A stretch of 64,000 nucleotides of DNA from an uncultured Verrucomicrobiae bacterium (GTDB lineage Bacteria; Verrucomicrobiota; Verrucomicrobiia; Limisphaerales; Palsa-1400), in the NCBI GenBank assembly GCA_963707025.1, contig CAVPOM010000005.1, forward strand, positions 160,001 to 224,000, in the 5' to 3' direction. A program made the position numbers and the translations under genes. Each line of letters opens with the position of its first letter. Positions within the stretch are counted from its first letter, which is position 1. A model generated the notes under the pieces. It was not told the DNA's origin and made no database searches. It worked only from the letters and a program-made list of their open reading frames with translations. Shown here piece by piece: positions 1 to 10,891 of the stretch.

Positions 1-2
1 CT

Positions 3-150
3 CAGGCATTTACTTTCAGCGAATTGGCAACCATAGTGTCAGTTGTGGTTACGCTGATTTTGTTGGCGATTCCGTCTGCCAACTGGATTCGTTGCAAGTC
101 CAAAGAATCGGTGTGCTTGTCAAATTTGCGACAATTGGGGACGGCATGTC
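3..150 (+). pseudogene. Prepilin-type N-terminal cleavage/methylation domain remnant (partial at window edge)
   Basis: Frame 3 reads AFTFSELATIVSVVVTLILLAIPS...CLSNLRQLG, the FTxxE + hydrophobic helix + CxxNLRQ pattern of PVC pseudopilin-like proteins; similarity is lost after about 50 codons. Confidence 0.6.
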
Positions 151-204
151 CTCAAACGAAACAAGGATTTGCGATTCTGAATCAACCTGTTATCATCCCA
201 GCTT

Positions 205-3200
205 ATGACGAGGCTCCTGAATCAGTTTTTCGCGGTGCGGGTGCGTCATGGTGGGTTTGCACGTCTTTTGGTTTTTGTCGCTTGCATCATCCCGGTTTTC
301 GACCGTTTAGGAGCTCAGACGTTGTTCCGCGAAGGCGAGGCGGCACCTGCAAACGTTCGGAGCGCGTCCGATCCATCGGTCAAACGCAGCCGGTTGGCTC
401 CGATCTCCGGCACGAATTGGCTGCAATCAGTCGAAACGCCGTCAGTTCCGCAATCCCTCAGCATCAATCTTTTCACCAACCTCGCAGTTACCGGAATCAT
501 GCAGTCTGTGACGGCACCCGGTCCGGGTCGGGAAATAATCCAGGGCGCTATCGTCGGCGTGAAGGGGGGATGCTTTATATTGGCGGTGGAAAGCAATGTT
601 GTCGCCGGGACGGTCGTCCTCCCCGGCCAGGGATTTTTTGAAATTCAATACGCCGGCAATGGCTATCACCGCATCATCGAACGTGACGTCGGGAAGATGC
701 CTCTATGCGGCGTGAACGCGGCCACGAGTGCCATTACCGGCCATGCGGAAGAAAGTCCCGAAGTGGCCCTGGCAGCCGCGGGATCGGCCTCCGCCGAGAC
801 AATTCCCGTGGTGGATGTAGTCGTGGGTTACACACCGGAAGCGCGAGACGGCGCGGGTGGAGATGAAGGCATCCACACCTTGATTGATTTGGCGGTCGCT
901 CAGGCCAACCAGATTTACCTCTCCAGCAACGCGAAATTGCTTTTGCGGTTGGCCGCCACCACAAAGGTGACATACGACGATTCAGGGGTTCTGAGCGTTG
1001 ACCTGCAGCGGTTGATGAATCCAGCCGATGGCTATCTTGACGATTTTTTGGCGCTCAAACAGCAATACCACGCCGATCTCATTTGTCTTTTGGTGGAGAA
1101 GTCCGACGGCCCGGTGGGAATTGCCCGGCAGACGGCCAGCGCCGCCAACGCCTGCAGTGTTGTGCAGCGCGGATTCGCGGTCGCCCACTACACGTTTGCA
1201 CACGAACTGGCACACAATTTCGGCTGCCAACACGATCGTCCTAATGCCGCCACTCCCGGAGTTTATTCCTTCTCCTATGGCTGGACCTTTGTTGATTCCA
1301 ATGATTATCAACAATACGGGACCGTCATGAGCTACGAAGGAATCCGCATCCCCTACTTTTCCGATCCTTCAGTCAAGTATGACACCTTCCCGACTGGGGT
1401 GGCCTCCGGCCCGCACGCGGCCAACAATGCCCTTACATTGACGTTGCGCGCGCCGACGGTTTCCGCTTTTAGCGGCGTTCCCACGATGGTCGCTCCTCCC
1501 GCAATCGAAATTGTATCACCGCGCAATGGTGCGACCGTGTTCTTGGACAGCAATGTGCTGATCACCGCCTCAGTCCAACGCGGTACGGCCGCCATCGCCC
1601 AGGTCAATTTTTTCGAGAATGGCGCGCCGTTGGCTTCATCCCCGCGGCCCCCCTATCAGTGTGTATTGAGCAATCCTCCCGTTGGCCCGGTCATACTGAC
1701 CGCACAAGTGATCAACGCTTCGGGATTGCTCGCCGCCTCGTCTCCGGTCACCATTACGTCGCGTTATCATGCTCCAGCCAACGACAATTTCGCCCATCGT
1801 CAAGTATTGAACGGTACGAATATTGAAATGACCGTAAACAACACCGGAGCCACGTTCGAAACCGGCGAGACTGAACATGGAACGGTTGATTCCCTCCATT
1901 CCATCTGGTTCACCTGGACGGCGCCGGCCTCTGGTGAGGCGGTATTCGGGACCTCGGATACCGATGCCACGCCGATCGTCGCAGTTTACCGCGGCGCCAG
2001 TCTAAAAACTCTGAAGGGGGTGGGAGGTTCCGTTGGCTCTTCCCTGGGGTCCTTCCAGGCCGTTCGCGGAACGAACTATCAAATCGCCTATGACACCGCT
2101 TATGGTTACGGAGCGACCACGCTTTTCCTCCAACTCCATTCCGGGGCGCTGAATGACGATTTCGGCCAGGCGATTATTATTGGCTCAGTTCCGTTCCAGA
2201 CGCTGGCGGACAACGGTGCTGCCACCAAGGAGCCGGGGGAACCAAACCATGCGGGCGATCCTGGCGGCAAATCCTTGTGGTGGAGGTGGACCGCGCCCGC
2301 CACCGGCTCGGTGACCGTCGCCGTTACCACCTATTATGACGCCCTTCTTGGTATTTATACTGGCGACGCGGTTTCAAATCTCACGGGAGTCGCATCTGCG
2401 AGCGTTGGCGCTTGGCCGGGACCGGCCAGCGTTTCTTTCGATGTCATCGCTGGTCAGGCGTATTCTATTGCCGTAGATGGCAAGGGCGGGCAACCCGGCT
2501 TGTTTCAATTAACCGTGGACATGACGGCGGTTGTGGCGCGCAATGACAACTTTGCCAACCGAATCGCGTTGTCGGGAACGAACGTTCTGTTCGCGGGCAC
2601 AAATTTCGCCGCGTCGGTTGAGCCGGGCGAACCGGCGGGTTCTCATACCATCTGGTGGACATGGACCGCGCCCGATAACGGCGAGTTGACCGTGAGTGCC
2701 AATCAGGCCAATGCGTGGTTTCGACTTTTTCGCGGTTCGGAGTTAACGAATCTGGCCGATCTCCGTGAAGGAAATCCGGCCATGTGCTACGTGCAAGCAG
2801 GCGAAGTCTGCCAGATTCAGATGGATGGATACGAAGGAGCCGAACTCGCAGCGCAATGCTCTCTGCAGTTCTCGCCAATGACATGGAATGATAACTTTGA
2901 CGATCGGTTCGTGCTCGCTGGAGACTCGAACATCGTCCAAGGCACGAACCGCTACGCGAGCATGGAACCCGGAGAACCCAACCCCGCCGGGAGGGGTGCC
3001 GGACGGACTTTATGGTGGAGCTGGACGGCTCCGAGCAACGGAGTGCTTCACATCCAAACCGATGCACAGTGGGACTGCGGCTCCATCGGCGTTTATACTG
3101 GAACGAACGTCACCGAGCTTGATCTGGTTGGCCAGGCGGGAGCGGCCAGCGATTATCAGTACATCACGTCTCCCGCACAGTTGGATGTGACCGTGACAGC

Positions 3201-6200
3201 GGGTACAGCTTACCAAATTCAGGTCGATGCGCTTGCGGGTGGCTGGGGATGGTTGATCAATGACGTTTTCAATTTGACGCTTCAATTCTCGGCCGTCCCG
3301 TCCAATGCTTTTTTCCACGACCGCGCGTCGCTGGCCGGGACTGATGTCACCTTTGCGGCCACAAACACAGGTGTCACGGGTGAAACCAACGACCCGGCTG
3401 TTGGAGGTTCCGGCAAACCTGTGTGGTGGACTTGGACTGCGCTCCAGGACGGCACCGTGACGATCACCTCCACAAATAGCAGCATCAATCCTCTATTCGC
3501 CGTGTTTACGGGCAGCGCCCTTGACGCGTTGACCCCAATTGTCACCGGGGCAAACTCCGTCCAGTTCTTCGTTCATCAAGGCTTCGTTTACCAGATCATG
3601 GCGGACGGACAAGGAGGGGCCAGTGGGACAATTGAAGCACAGCTTGAATGGCAGCCGGTGGCGGCGAACGACGACTTTGCCAACCGCTTCGCGCTTCCCG
3701 GCAGTTCGGGCACAGCCGAGGGTTTGAGTTATGGCGCCACGGTGGAGCCGGGAGAGCCTGCTATGGGCCAGGGGATACCGGCTCAACACACGATTTGGTG
3801 GACGTGGACTGCACCGGCGATTGGTGAAGTGACCTTTGCGTTTTCCGGATCTTATTCCCAGAATCAGATGGCTGTGTTCACGGGCAGCAGCCTAGCCACC
3901 GCCGTGAGGGTGGGTACCGCCACGTCCGGAACGTACTTTAACAATCCGGTGACCTTGCGCACAATTGCTGGGATGCCGTACCAAATTGCAATTGGTGGTG
4001 CCGAAGGGAACCTCCAATTTAGCTACACCTTTGTCGCGGCTCCCAGCAACGACAATTTCACCAATCGAATTGTGCTCTCTGGGTTGCCCGTGTCCGGCAG
4101 CGCCGATAATACGTATGCGACGTCCGAACCGGGCGAACCATTGCAAGGCGACGGCCGGTCGGTGTGGTGGTCCTGGACAGCGCCGCAATCAATGTTGGTG
4201 GCTGTGGCATCCGATTGGTCCGCACGTATCGGTGTTTACACTGGAGACTCTCTGACAAACCTGATTCTGACTCCTCTCTTCACCTCAGCAGGCCAAACGG
4301 TTTTTAACGCAACAGGAGGCGTCACGTATCAGATTTCCATCGACAGCGGGTGGGGCAATTTCGTGGTCAGCAACGTGTTACTATGGGCCGCACCGCTCGA
4401 TCCTCCGAATGACTATTTCACTAATCGCGCCATGATTGTTGGGACCAACGCCGTTATTTCCGCCTACAATGGCCTGGCCACAAGCGAACCATCAGAACCG
4501 ATCGCGCCGAATGCCGCTGGCCAAACGCTTTGGTGGACTTGGACTGCACCTGAGACCGGCAGGGTCAGCATTGCCTGCCCTTCCTACTACGGGATTTTCC
4601 AGGTTTTCACAGGAACGGCGTTGACGAACCTGGTTCCAATTGCTTCAGGCGTGGGCGGCTACTGGCCATTCTCATTCACGGCCTGCGCAGGAACAAATTA
4701 CCAAATATGCTTTGACACTTCTTCCACCGGCGGAGTCGGAAGCAATTCCTTCACCCTCCAGCAATCACCCGCTCCTCCCAACGACAATTCTTCCAACGCC
4801 ATCATTATCTCTGACTCACCGGCGCAGACTAACGGCTCCAATGTCGGCGCCACCCGCGAGGCAGGCGAGCCCATGTTCGCGGGAACCAACAGCCAAGCTT
4901 CGGTGTGGTGGACTTGGATCGCCCCCAATACGAGGGAGATGACGATCAGCGTGGGCGGTGCCACCGGCGGCACTTTTTCCAGTGGTTTCTCGGTCAGCTA
5001 CGGGATCTACGTCGGTAACTCCGTCTCGAATTTAACCGCGATTGCGACAGGTCATGATGCGGGAGAATTCGCCGCCGTTGCTGGAACGCGGTACTATATC
5101 GCCTTGGATGGCGCCAATGGAGAAATCGGCGACCTCAGCCTCCTTCTCATGCCGGACCCAATCAACGATAACTTCACCAACCGGATCGTTCTATCCGGTT
5201 ACACAACTCATGCCGCCGGGTCGAATGTAGGCGCGACGACCGAGCCTGGAGAAAGCCAGCATGTTTTCAATCCCGATGGCGCTTCAGTCTGGTTCACTTG
5301 GACGGCTCCAGCGGCGGGGACCGTGACCATCAATTACAGCGGAGAGGGATTCTATCCCGGCGTCGCAGTTTACACCGGCTCCAGCGTGTCGAATTTGAGC
5401 TTGGTCGCCTACAACACATTTTTCGGCACACTGAGTTTTACAACCGATGCCAGCGCAACGTATCAAATCGTTTTAGCAGGGGCGTGGGGAGGCAGCGGCA
5501 ATTACACGATGGATTTAATTTTGAACGCGGGCGCGCACAACGATAATTTTGGCAACAGAATTGTTCTGACGGGCACGAACCTTACGATTCTGGCCAACAA
5601 CTCCACCGCCGCCAATCATTCATTGTGGTGGGAATATATCGCGCCAGCCAACGGCAGCGTGCGTGTTGACTATTCCGCAGTGACTGAATTTACGCCTCTG
5701 TTCAACCTCTATACCGGGGCGAACCAAAGCTCGCTCAAGTTGACCCCGGTGGAAGTAATCTCCGACATGCCTCAAATCTACTTTAATACCGTTAAAGGGG
5801 GCGTTTACCAAATTGCGGTGGCTGGCAATAAGGGAGGCCAAGGCGACATCGATCTGCAATTGGAATTCGAACCGAGTCCTGTCAACGACGATTTCGAAAA
5901 TCGAACGCCCCTCAGCGGCGATTCCGTGGGCGTGACCGGTAATAACAGGGGGGCCTCTGAGCAAACGGGCGAACCAAGGGACGACAGTCTAACCGGCTAT
6001 CATTCTGTGTGGTGGACCTGGACCGCCGATACCAACGAAACCGTCGTTTTAGATGTCACTGGGAATGGCTTTTCGCCACGGGTTGCGGTTTATAGGGGGA
6101 TTTCCAGGAATAGGCTTTCGCTTGTCAAAAACAATGCATTTAGCGGCCATCTGCTGCCCAGCTTGGCCTTTTCGGCCAGCGCCGGCGTCGCCTACCAAAT

Positions 6201-6879
6201 TGCCGTCGATTCCGCCTTTGGGGAATTTGGCGACATCACTCTGACACTAAACGCATTGGCGACGCCGCCAAACGACAGTTTTACCAATGCCAACACCTTG
6301 GTCGGCACCTCTGTGAGCATCGCTGCCACCAATCTTGCTGCCACCAGCGAACCCGGCGAACCCGCTCATGCCGGCTCCCCGGCGAGCCACTCCCTTTGGT
6401 GGGCTTGGACGCCGGCTGCCTCAGGAACCGCCACGATTGACACGCTTGGAAGCTCGTTTGATACTGTGCTCGCCGTTTACACTGGCACCAAGCTCAACCG
6501 TTTGGCGGTCATCGCCGCGAATGACGATATTCCCTCCGGAGGCGGAGCCAGTCGGGTTGCATTTTCCGCGGTGGCCGGCACGACCTATCGGATCGCGGTC
6601 GATGGGTTTGAAGGGGCCTCCGGAGACGTGCAACTGAACCTGAACCAGGCCGCATCGCCACAGTTGTCCATGACGATTGATTCAGCGACAGGTCCCCACG
6701 CTTTTGCGATGCGCCTTCACGGCGCAGCCGGGAGCAGGTTTCTGATTCAAACCTCCACCGATCTTCTCGATTGGACCACTATTTCCACCAATCAACTTGA
6801 GGGCGACGTGCTGAACATCACTCAGCCATTGGACGCTACATCGCCCGGGCGGTTCTATCGCGTCATCCCCTTGCAATAA
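205..6879 (+). CDS. Large secreted reprolysin-like (M12 metzincin) zinc metallopeptidase with Ig-like domain, 13 tandem ~120-aa modules and a C-terminal Verrucomicrobia-type domain
   Basis: Signal peptide; PLCGV cysteine switch; HELAHNFGCQHD zinc motif; GTVMSY Met-turn; 13 repeats of ND(N/D)F...N..AT.EPGEP...WW.WTAP; C-terminal IQTSTDLLDW...RFYRV. Confidence 0.9.
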   Translation: MTRLLNQFFAVRVRHGGFARLLVFVACIIPVFDRLGAQTLFREGEAAPANVRSASDPSVKRSRLAPISGTNWLQSVETPSVPQSLSINLFTNLAVTGIMQSVTAPGPGREIIQGAIVGVKGGCFILAVESNVVAGTVVLPGQGFFEIQYAGNGYHRIIERDVGKMPLCGVNAATSAITGHAEESPEVALAAAGSASAETIPVVDVVVGYTPEARDGAGGDEGIHTLIDLAVAQANQIYLSSNAKLLLRLAATTKVTYDDSGVLSVDLQRLMNPADGYLDDFLALKQQYHADLICLLVEKSDGPVGIARQTASAANACSVVQRGFAVAHYTFAHELAHNFGCQHDRPNAATPGVYSFSYGWTFVDSNDYQQYGTVMSYEGIRIPYFSDPSVKYDTFPTGVASGPHAANNALTLTLRAPTVSAFSGVPTMVAPPAIEIVSPRNGATVFLDSNVLITASVQRGTAAIAQVNFFENGAPLASSPRPPYQCVLSNPPVGPVILTAQVINASGLLAASSPVTITSRYHAPANDNFAHRQVLNGTNIEMTVNNTGATFETGETEHGTVDSLHSIWFTWTAPASGEAVFGTSDTDATPIVAVYRGASLKTLKGVGGSVGSSLGSFQAVRGTNYQIAYDTAYGYGATTLFLQLHSGALNDDFGQAIIIGSVPFQTLADNGAATKEPGEPNHAGDPGGKSLWWRWTAPATGSVTVAVTTYYDALLGIYTGDAVSNLTGVASASVGAWPGPASVSFDVIAGQAYSIAVDGKGGQPGLFQLTVDMTAVVARNDNFANRIALSGTNVLFAGTNFAASVEPGEPAGSHTIWWTWTAPDNGELTVSANQANAWFRLFRGSELTNLADLREGNPAMCYVQAGEVCQIQMDGYEGAELAAQCSLQFSPMTWNDNFDDRFVLAGDSNIVQGTNRYASMEPGEPNPAGRGAGRTLWWSWTAPSNGVLHIQTDAQWDCGSIGVYTGTNVTELDLVGQAGAASDYQYITSPAQLDVTVTAGTAYQIQVDALAGGWGWLINDVFNLTLQFSAVPSNAFFHDRASLAGTDVTFAATNTGVTGETNDPAVGGSGKPVWWTWTALQDGTVTITSTNSSINPLFAVFTGSALDALTPIVTGANSVQFFVHQGFVYQIMADGQGGASGTIEAQLEWQPVAANDDFANRFALPGSSGTAEGLSYGATVEPGEPAMGQGIPAQHTIWWTWTAPAIGEVTFAFSGSYSQNQMAVFTGSSLATAVRVGTATSGTYFNNPVTLRTIAGMPYQIAIGGAEGNLQFSYTFVAAPSNDNFTNRIVLSGLPVSGSADNTYATSEPGEPLQGDGRSVWWSWTAPQSMLVAVASDWSARIGVYTGDSLTNLILTPLFTSAGQTVFNATGGVTYQISIDSGWGNFVVSNVLLWAAPLDPPNDYFTNRAMIVGTNAVISAYNGLATSEPSEPIAPNAAGQTLWWTWTAPETGRVSIACPSYYGIFQVFTGTALTNLVPIASGVGGYWPFSFTACAGTNYQICFDTSSTGGVGSNSFTLQQSPAPPNDNSSNAIIISDSPAQTNGSNVGATREAGEPMFAGTNSQASVWWTWIAPNTREMTISVGGATGGTFSSGFSVSYGIYVGNSVSNLTAIATGHDAGEFAAVAGTRYYIALDGANGEIGDLSLLLMPDPINDNFTNRIVLSGYTTHAAGSNVGATTEPGESQHVFNPDGASVWFTWTAPAAGTVTINYSGEGFYPGVAVYTGSSVSNLSLVAYNTFFGTLSFTTDASATYQIVLAGAWGGSGNYTMDLILNAGAHNDNFGNRIVLTGTNLTILANNSTAANHSLWWEYIAPANGSVRVDYSAVTEFTPLFNLYTGANQSSLKLTPVEVISDMPQIYFNTVKGGVYQIAVAGNKGGQGDIDLQLEFEPSPVNDDFENRTPLSGDSVGVTGNNRGASEQTGEPRDDSLTGYHSVWWTWTADTNETVVLDVTGNGFSPRVAVYRGISRNRLSLVKNNAFSGHLLPSLAFSASAGVAYQIAVDSAFGEFGDITLTLNALATPPNDSFTNANTLVGTSVSIAATNLAATSEPGEPAHAGSPASHSLWWAWTPAASGTATIDTLGSSFDTVLAVYTGTKLNRLAVIAANDDIPSGGGASRVAFSAVAGTTYRIAVDGFEGASGDVQLNLNQAASPQLSMTIDSATGPHAFAMRLHGAAGSRFLIQTSTDLLDWTTISTNQLEGDVLNITQPLDATSPGRFYRVIPLQ

Positions 6880-7093
6880 TCAGCGAAACCACGCACATTT
6901 CGCGCCATGCCACCACGGGTTATTGTTAAACATTGGATTTTCCGAAGCCTGATGCTTTGGCAGTAATCGCAATTGGGATTCGTTTGGAAGGCGATTGGCA
7001 AGATACTCAGGCAGGGCGTGTTCTGTTTTCCCCTCATTTGACAGAAAGCCCATGTTCACCTGCTTGCGGGAATACTGCTTCACCTTGATACCG

Positions 7094-7694
7094 TCAGCCA
7101 TGGAGTTCGCTGGAACCGCGCAGGGCCTGTCCGGGGCGGCTGGACTGGGAGTCTTTGCGGGCGTGATGAACCAGCATGACGGCCAGTTGGAACTGGCGTT
7201 GGAGTTCCCGCAGATAAGAGAGCAGCCCGGCGATTTGGGTGGCGTCGTTTTCATCGACCCGGTGCAGGCGGATGAGCGGGTCCAGGATCAGCAGGACGGG
7301 CCGGAGTTGTTGGACGGTCTGGGAGAGGCGCGACGCGGTCGGTGGCGGTGTCCAACCGAAGGGACGGGGCGGTAATGACTTGCACCGGCAGCGAGTCAAA
7401 GGGCACTTGGGCGGCCGCCGCGATGCCTTCCAAGCGCTGGCGCACGACGGCCAGCGAGTCCTCGGCCGGGAAGAGCAACACCGGGCCGCTGCGCCGCACC
7501 GGGAACTGGCGCAGACAGGCGGCGCCGGAAGCGACGCTGACCGCGACATCCAAAGCCAGGAAGCTTTTGCAGCATTTGGGTTCGCCGCCCAGGATGCCGA
7601 CGGCCTGCTCGGTCCAGAGACCTTCGACCAGCCACTGGGTTTGCGGGCCGGTGCTGGCCAGTTGGCTGGCGCGTTGAACCGGGAACGGGTTCAT
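7094..7694 (-). pseudogene. RecA/AAA_25-like ATPase of a transposon; frameshifted and 3'-truncated
   Basis: GGEPKCCKS Walker A-like motif in ORF 7251-7694; continues after a frameshift near 7330 as LLILDPL...VHHARK...LRGSSELHG, then stops abruptly. Confidence 0.75.
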
Positions 7695-7990
7695 GGCTTT
7701 TTGGCGGGCTTGGGGTCCAGGGCGAAGACTTCGAAGTAGAGTTTTTCATCGATGACCTCGCGTTCCTGCTGGCAGGCGGCCGCCAGGAGATCATTGGCCA
7801 TATTCATGAGCAGGCGCAGGTTGCCGGCGGCATGTTCGCAGAGCGTTTGGATCAGCGAAGGGGCCAGCAGCTTGGGATTGCCGGCGGCTTTGAGCAGGTG
7901 ATTGAGGCATTCCTGCAGGGCCTTGGGCGGCAGGGCTTCCAGGCGCAAGCGGCTGCGAATGCGGCTGGCGATGGGCAGCAAGTCAGCAGT
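7691..7990 (-). pseudogene. C-terminal part of an ExeA/TnsC-like AAA ATPase (transposon helper)
   Basis: ASRIRSRLRLEAL...LCEHAAGNLRLLMNMANDLL lid region; no Walker motifs left. Confidence 0.7.
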
Positions 7991-8293
7991 TCGATGAGCT
8001 GGGGAGTCAGCGAGGGATGTTGCCCGTGGTCGGAGCGGATTTTGCGTTTGAGCGCCTCGACCGGCCCGGCCTTGGAGCGGAGGGCCTTGTAATACCAGCG
8101 CTCGATCGTGGAAAGCCCGAATACCACCCATTCTCCGGAAATGGGGTGGCGCCACTTTTTGGCGGCCAGTTCCTGGAGTTGCGCTTGGAGTTCGCCTGCG
8201 GGCGGGAGGCGCGGCCAAAAGCGGTCCGATGACGCTGAAGCGAAAATGCGCCCAGCGCTCATGGGACCGCGAGGTTGACGATGTTTCTTTCAT
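7990..8293 (-). pseudogene. N-terminal HTH part of a Mu/rve-type DDE transposase
   Basis: WAHFRFSVIGPLL..., then frameshifted ELAAKKWRHP...STIERWYY...LKRKIRSDHG; catalytic DDE region absent. Confidence 0.7.
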
Positions 8294-8308
8294 AGGATGC
8301 CGTTATTT

Positions 8309-8975
8309 TTATTTTTTCCACCCGTTCGGTGGTGCGGCCAGGGTTCTACACCGGCTCCCTGCCGGTGTCGCCCGGCATCCTCTGCGGAGATTGGAAGCGA
8401 GCCTCACATAACGAACTCTTTCCAGGCGGTCGGCGTCGTGATCGGGGCCAGGAACTTGAGCAACTCCAGCAGCCGGTCGCGCCGTTCGACCGCAAAGCTC
8501 ACGCACAAGGACAAGGGCATCGTCTTTGGGCACAACGGCGGCATGAACCGGGCGCGAGCTTCTCTCCAAAACGAACTTTCCACGAAAGAGGCCCAGCCAC
8601 CACTGACGCCACCGCTCCAGCGTGCGGCGGTCGATCCCCAGGGCCTCGCGCAGCAACTGCACTCGTTCGGGCTTCAGGCCGTGGATCATGGCCGACACCA
8701 GCACCACGACCAAACCGGCATAAACGCGCCGCCCCATGAAGCGCACCGAGGGCGGAGTATGCCGCCGCCGGCAGCCCTCCCTGGCGCAACACAAGCTGAA
8801 GCGCAGTGTCCCATTGCGGGCCGCCCCGGGGCTTGCGGTCATAATCGCTGCGGTGCAAGCGTGCCACCGCAAAGCAGGCAGCCCTTCAGGCGCGCCTCCT
8901 GGCCGTCAAATCGGCATCGACTTTTTCCAGCAGTTGAAATAGCTGTTGATCCGCCAGATGGTTCTGGCACCAGTT
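8309..8975 (-). pseudogene. Zn-ribbon + HTH transposon accessory protein (DUF6431-like), frameshifted
   Basis: Pieces across frames: CLLCGGTLHRSDYDRKPRG, RFSLCCAREGCRRRHTPPSVRF.GRRVY, GIDRRTLERWRQWW. Confidence 0.6.
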
Positions 8976-9200
8976 TTCTCCGGTTCTATTTTTCAACACC
9001 TTAGATCGGAGAGAAAAAACCCTCGCAGAGCAAGCTCTCTGCGAGGGTTCCCGCGTCCGCGGCGGACTATCTTTTGACATGGAATTGCCGTCCTCTGGCC
9101 ACCGCTCAAATATTGACGCGCCTGGAACAAGAGGCCCGGCACTTGGGCTGGCAATTACCGAAGGTTTGCACTCCAGCGGAACTGATGGGAGATTCATCTG

Positions 9201-9428
9201 ATGAAACCTGATTCGATTTTGGGAGAGCTATGGGCAGTCAAAGACAAATTCGCCCGTGACGCCGGATATGACGTTGATCGCTTTGTTCAAAACTTGCGGC
9301 AATGGGAAAAGGAGCATCCGCAGAGCGGCCGCTCCGTTCGCAATGCCGAGGAGTTGCGCCAGTTCGTGGCGGAGGAAGAAGATAGGCGGGCCGCGAGTAA
9401 ACGGATTAGAAAAATTGAGGGAACTTAA
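9201..9428 (+). CDS. Small hypothetical protein, possibly antitoxin-like
   Basis: 75-aa ORF preceded by GGGAG RBS; DxIxxEL..K...A...GYD pattern. Confidence 0.55.
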   Translation: MKPDSILGELWAVKDKFARDAGYDVDRFVQNLRQWEKEHPQSGRSVRNAEELRQFVAEEEDRRAASKRIRKIEGT

Positions 9429-9499
9429 ACCTCATCCGTCATCATCCGTGAAAAAAATGAAGCTTCTGACGCTCATTTTTCCCGACTAGGCTCAATTCC

Positions 9500-10140
9500 G
9501 CCCGCAACCGCAAGGCGCTCGACATCATCCCTGAAGGCAAACCCCTGCCCAAACCAGGGAAGGTGAATACGACCGTCTTCGATGGACAGTTTTTAAGTCC
9601 GGCCAACGGGAAGGACTTCCCTGACGGCAAAGGAAAGGCGAACACACTCTGGGGCTGGATCGCCTGGTCGCTTCGCGGCGCCGAAGGCTACAAAATCCTC
9701 CGCAAGGACGACGAGGCCCGCGTTGCGCCGGGCGGCGACGACATCCTGAAATTGCTCGGCGACGCCCCCAATCTGATCCTGCTGGATGAGGTTCTCGAAT
9801 ACCTCATCAGCGCGGGAGGCATCAAAGTCCTCGACACGACCTTGCGTGACGAAACCCTGAGCTTCTTAAAACGTCTTACAGTAGCGGTCGGAAACACGCC
9901 CCACAGCGTGTTGGTCTTCTCGTTGCAGTCGAGCAAACGCGAATCACTCGACTACATCAATCTGCTCCAGACAATTGACCATTTGGCCGCCCGAAAGGAC
10001 CAGCGACGCGAGCCGGTCAAGGGAGATGAAGTGCTTCGCGTCATCCAGCGCCGCCTGCTGGGCGCGATGCCTACCGAAGCGGATTCCACGCCCGCAGCGG
10101 CCGCTTACCAGGAGGTTGTCACGCAAATGCGCCGGGCCTA
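9500..10140 (+). pseudogene. Internal fragment of a DUF499-family AAA+ ATPase
   Basis: NTLWGWIAWSL...VAPG...LILLDEVLEY (Walker B)...VIQRRLL; Walker A and C-terminus missing. Confidence 0.75.
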
Positions 10141-10430
10141 CCCGAGCCCTGCTCGGCGGCCAAGCGGTCGAGAAACTGCATCAAATCCCCGACATGAAAA
10201 AGAGTGACTCCCTTGGCTGCTCCAGGCTCTTTGAGTTGTACAACTCGGACGTGTGCTCGCGCAACACCACCCTCCGATAACAACTTGTACAGCCGAGCAT
10301 GCTTCAATCCGGAGAACGGGCAAATCTCTCCGTTCCGCGGAATAGCCCTGTAGAAGTTCGCGTAATTGCCTCCCTGCTTGCAGATGTCTGCGCCAGGGAC
10401 CTCAATGAGAATGTCGGTCGCTTTGTTCAT
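10119..10430 (-). CDS. Excisionase/AlpA-like DNA-binding protein
   Basis: IPRNGEICPFSGLKHARLYKLL...LKEPGAAKGVTLFHVGDLMQFL; downstream of the recombinase pair. Confidence 0.6.
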   Translation of the reverse strand: MNKATDILIEVPGADICKQGGNYANFYRAIPRNGEICPFSGLKHARLYKLLSEGGVARAHVRVVQLKEPGAAKGVTLFHVGDLMQFLDRLAAEQGSGRPGAFA

Positions 10431-10891
10431 GCATTTTTGTTTGGCCGGAAACTGGCCTGCGCTTCTCAAAAGCCCACAGCCTCTCAGGATCATGTTGATC
10501 ATCCTCGTTCCGACTCGCATCCAGGCAACCCGACAATAGTACTTTCCAAAATCTTGTCAGCAGCACCATGGGTTTCAAAGTGCCGTGAGTATTGGGGCTA
10601 GCGTGGGGTAGCGTAATAGTTGCGAAGGGGCCTGAATTCGGACGGGCCATCTTCCCGAACACGGCCGAGCGCATTTGCAAGAATACTATTCCTGCACTGG
10701 ACCAACTGGGAACGCTTTCGGACAGAAGCTAAAGCCGGGATGTCTCTGAAACGAACTGCCGTCAAACCCCACGAAAGGGCCCTCACCTCCGACATCGGCG
10801 CGGAAGTCCCAAGGGAAGCAGTTCCGACAATCTGGAGCAGCGCCTCGTGCTTTTGTTATGTCGTCGCCACCAGAGTTTGGTTTACGCGTCT

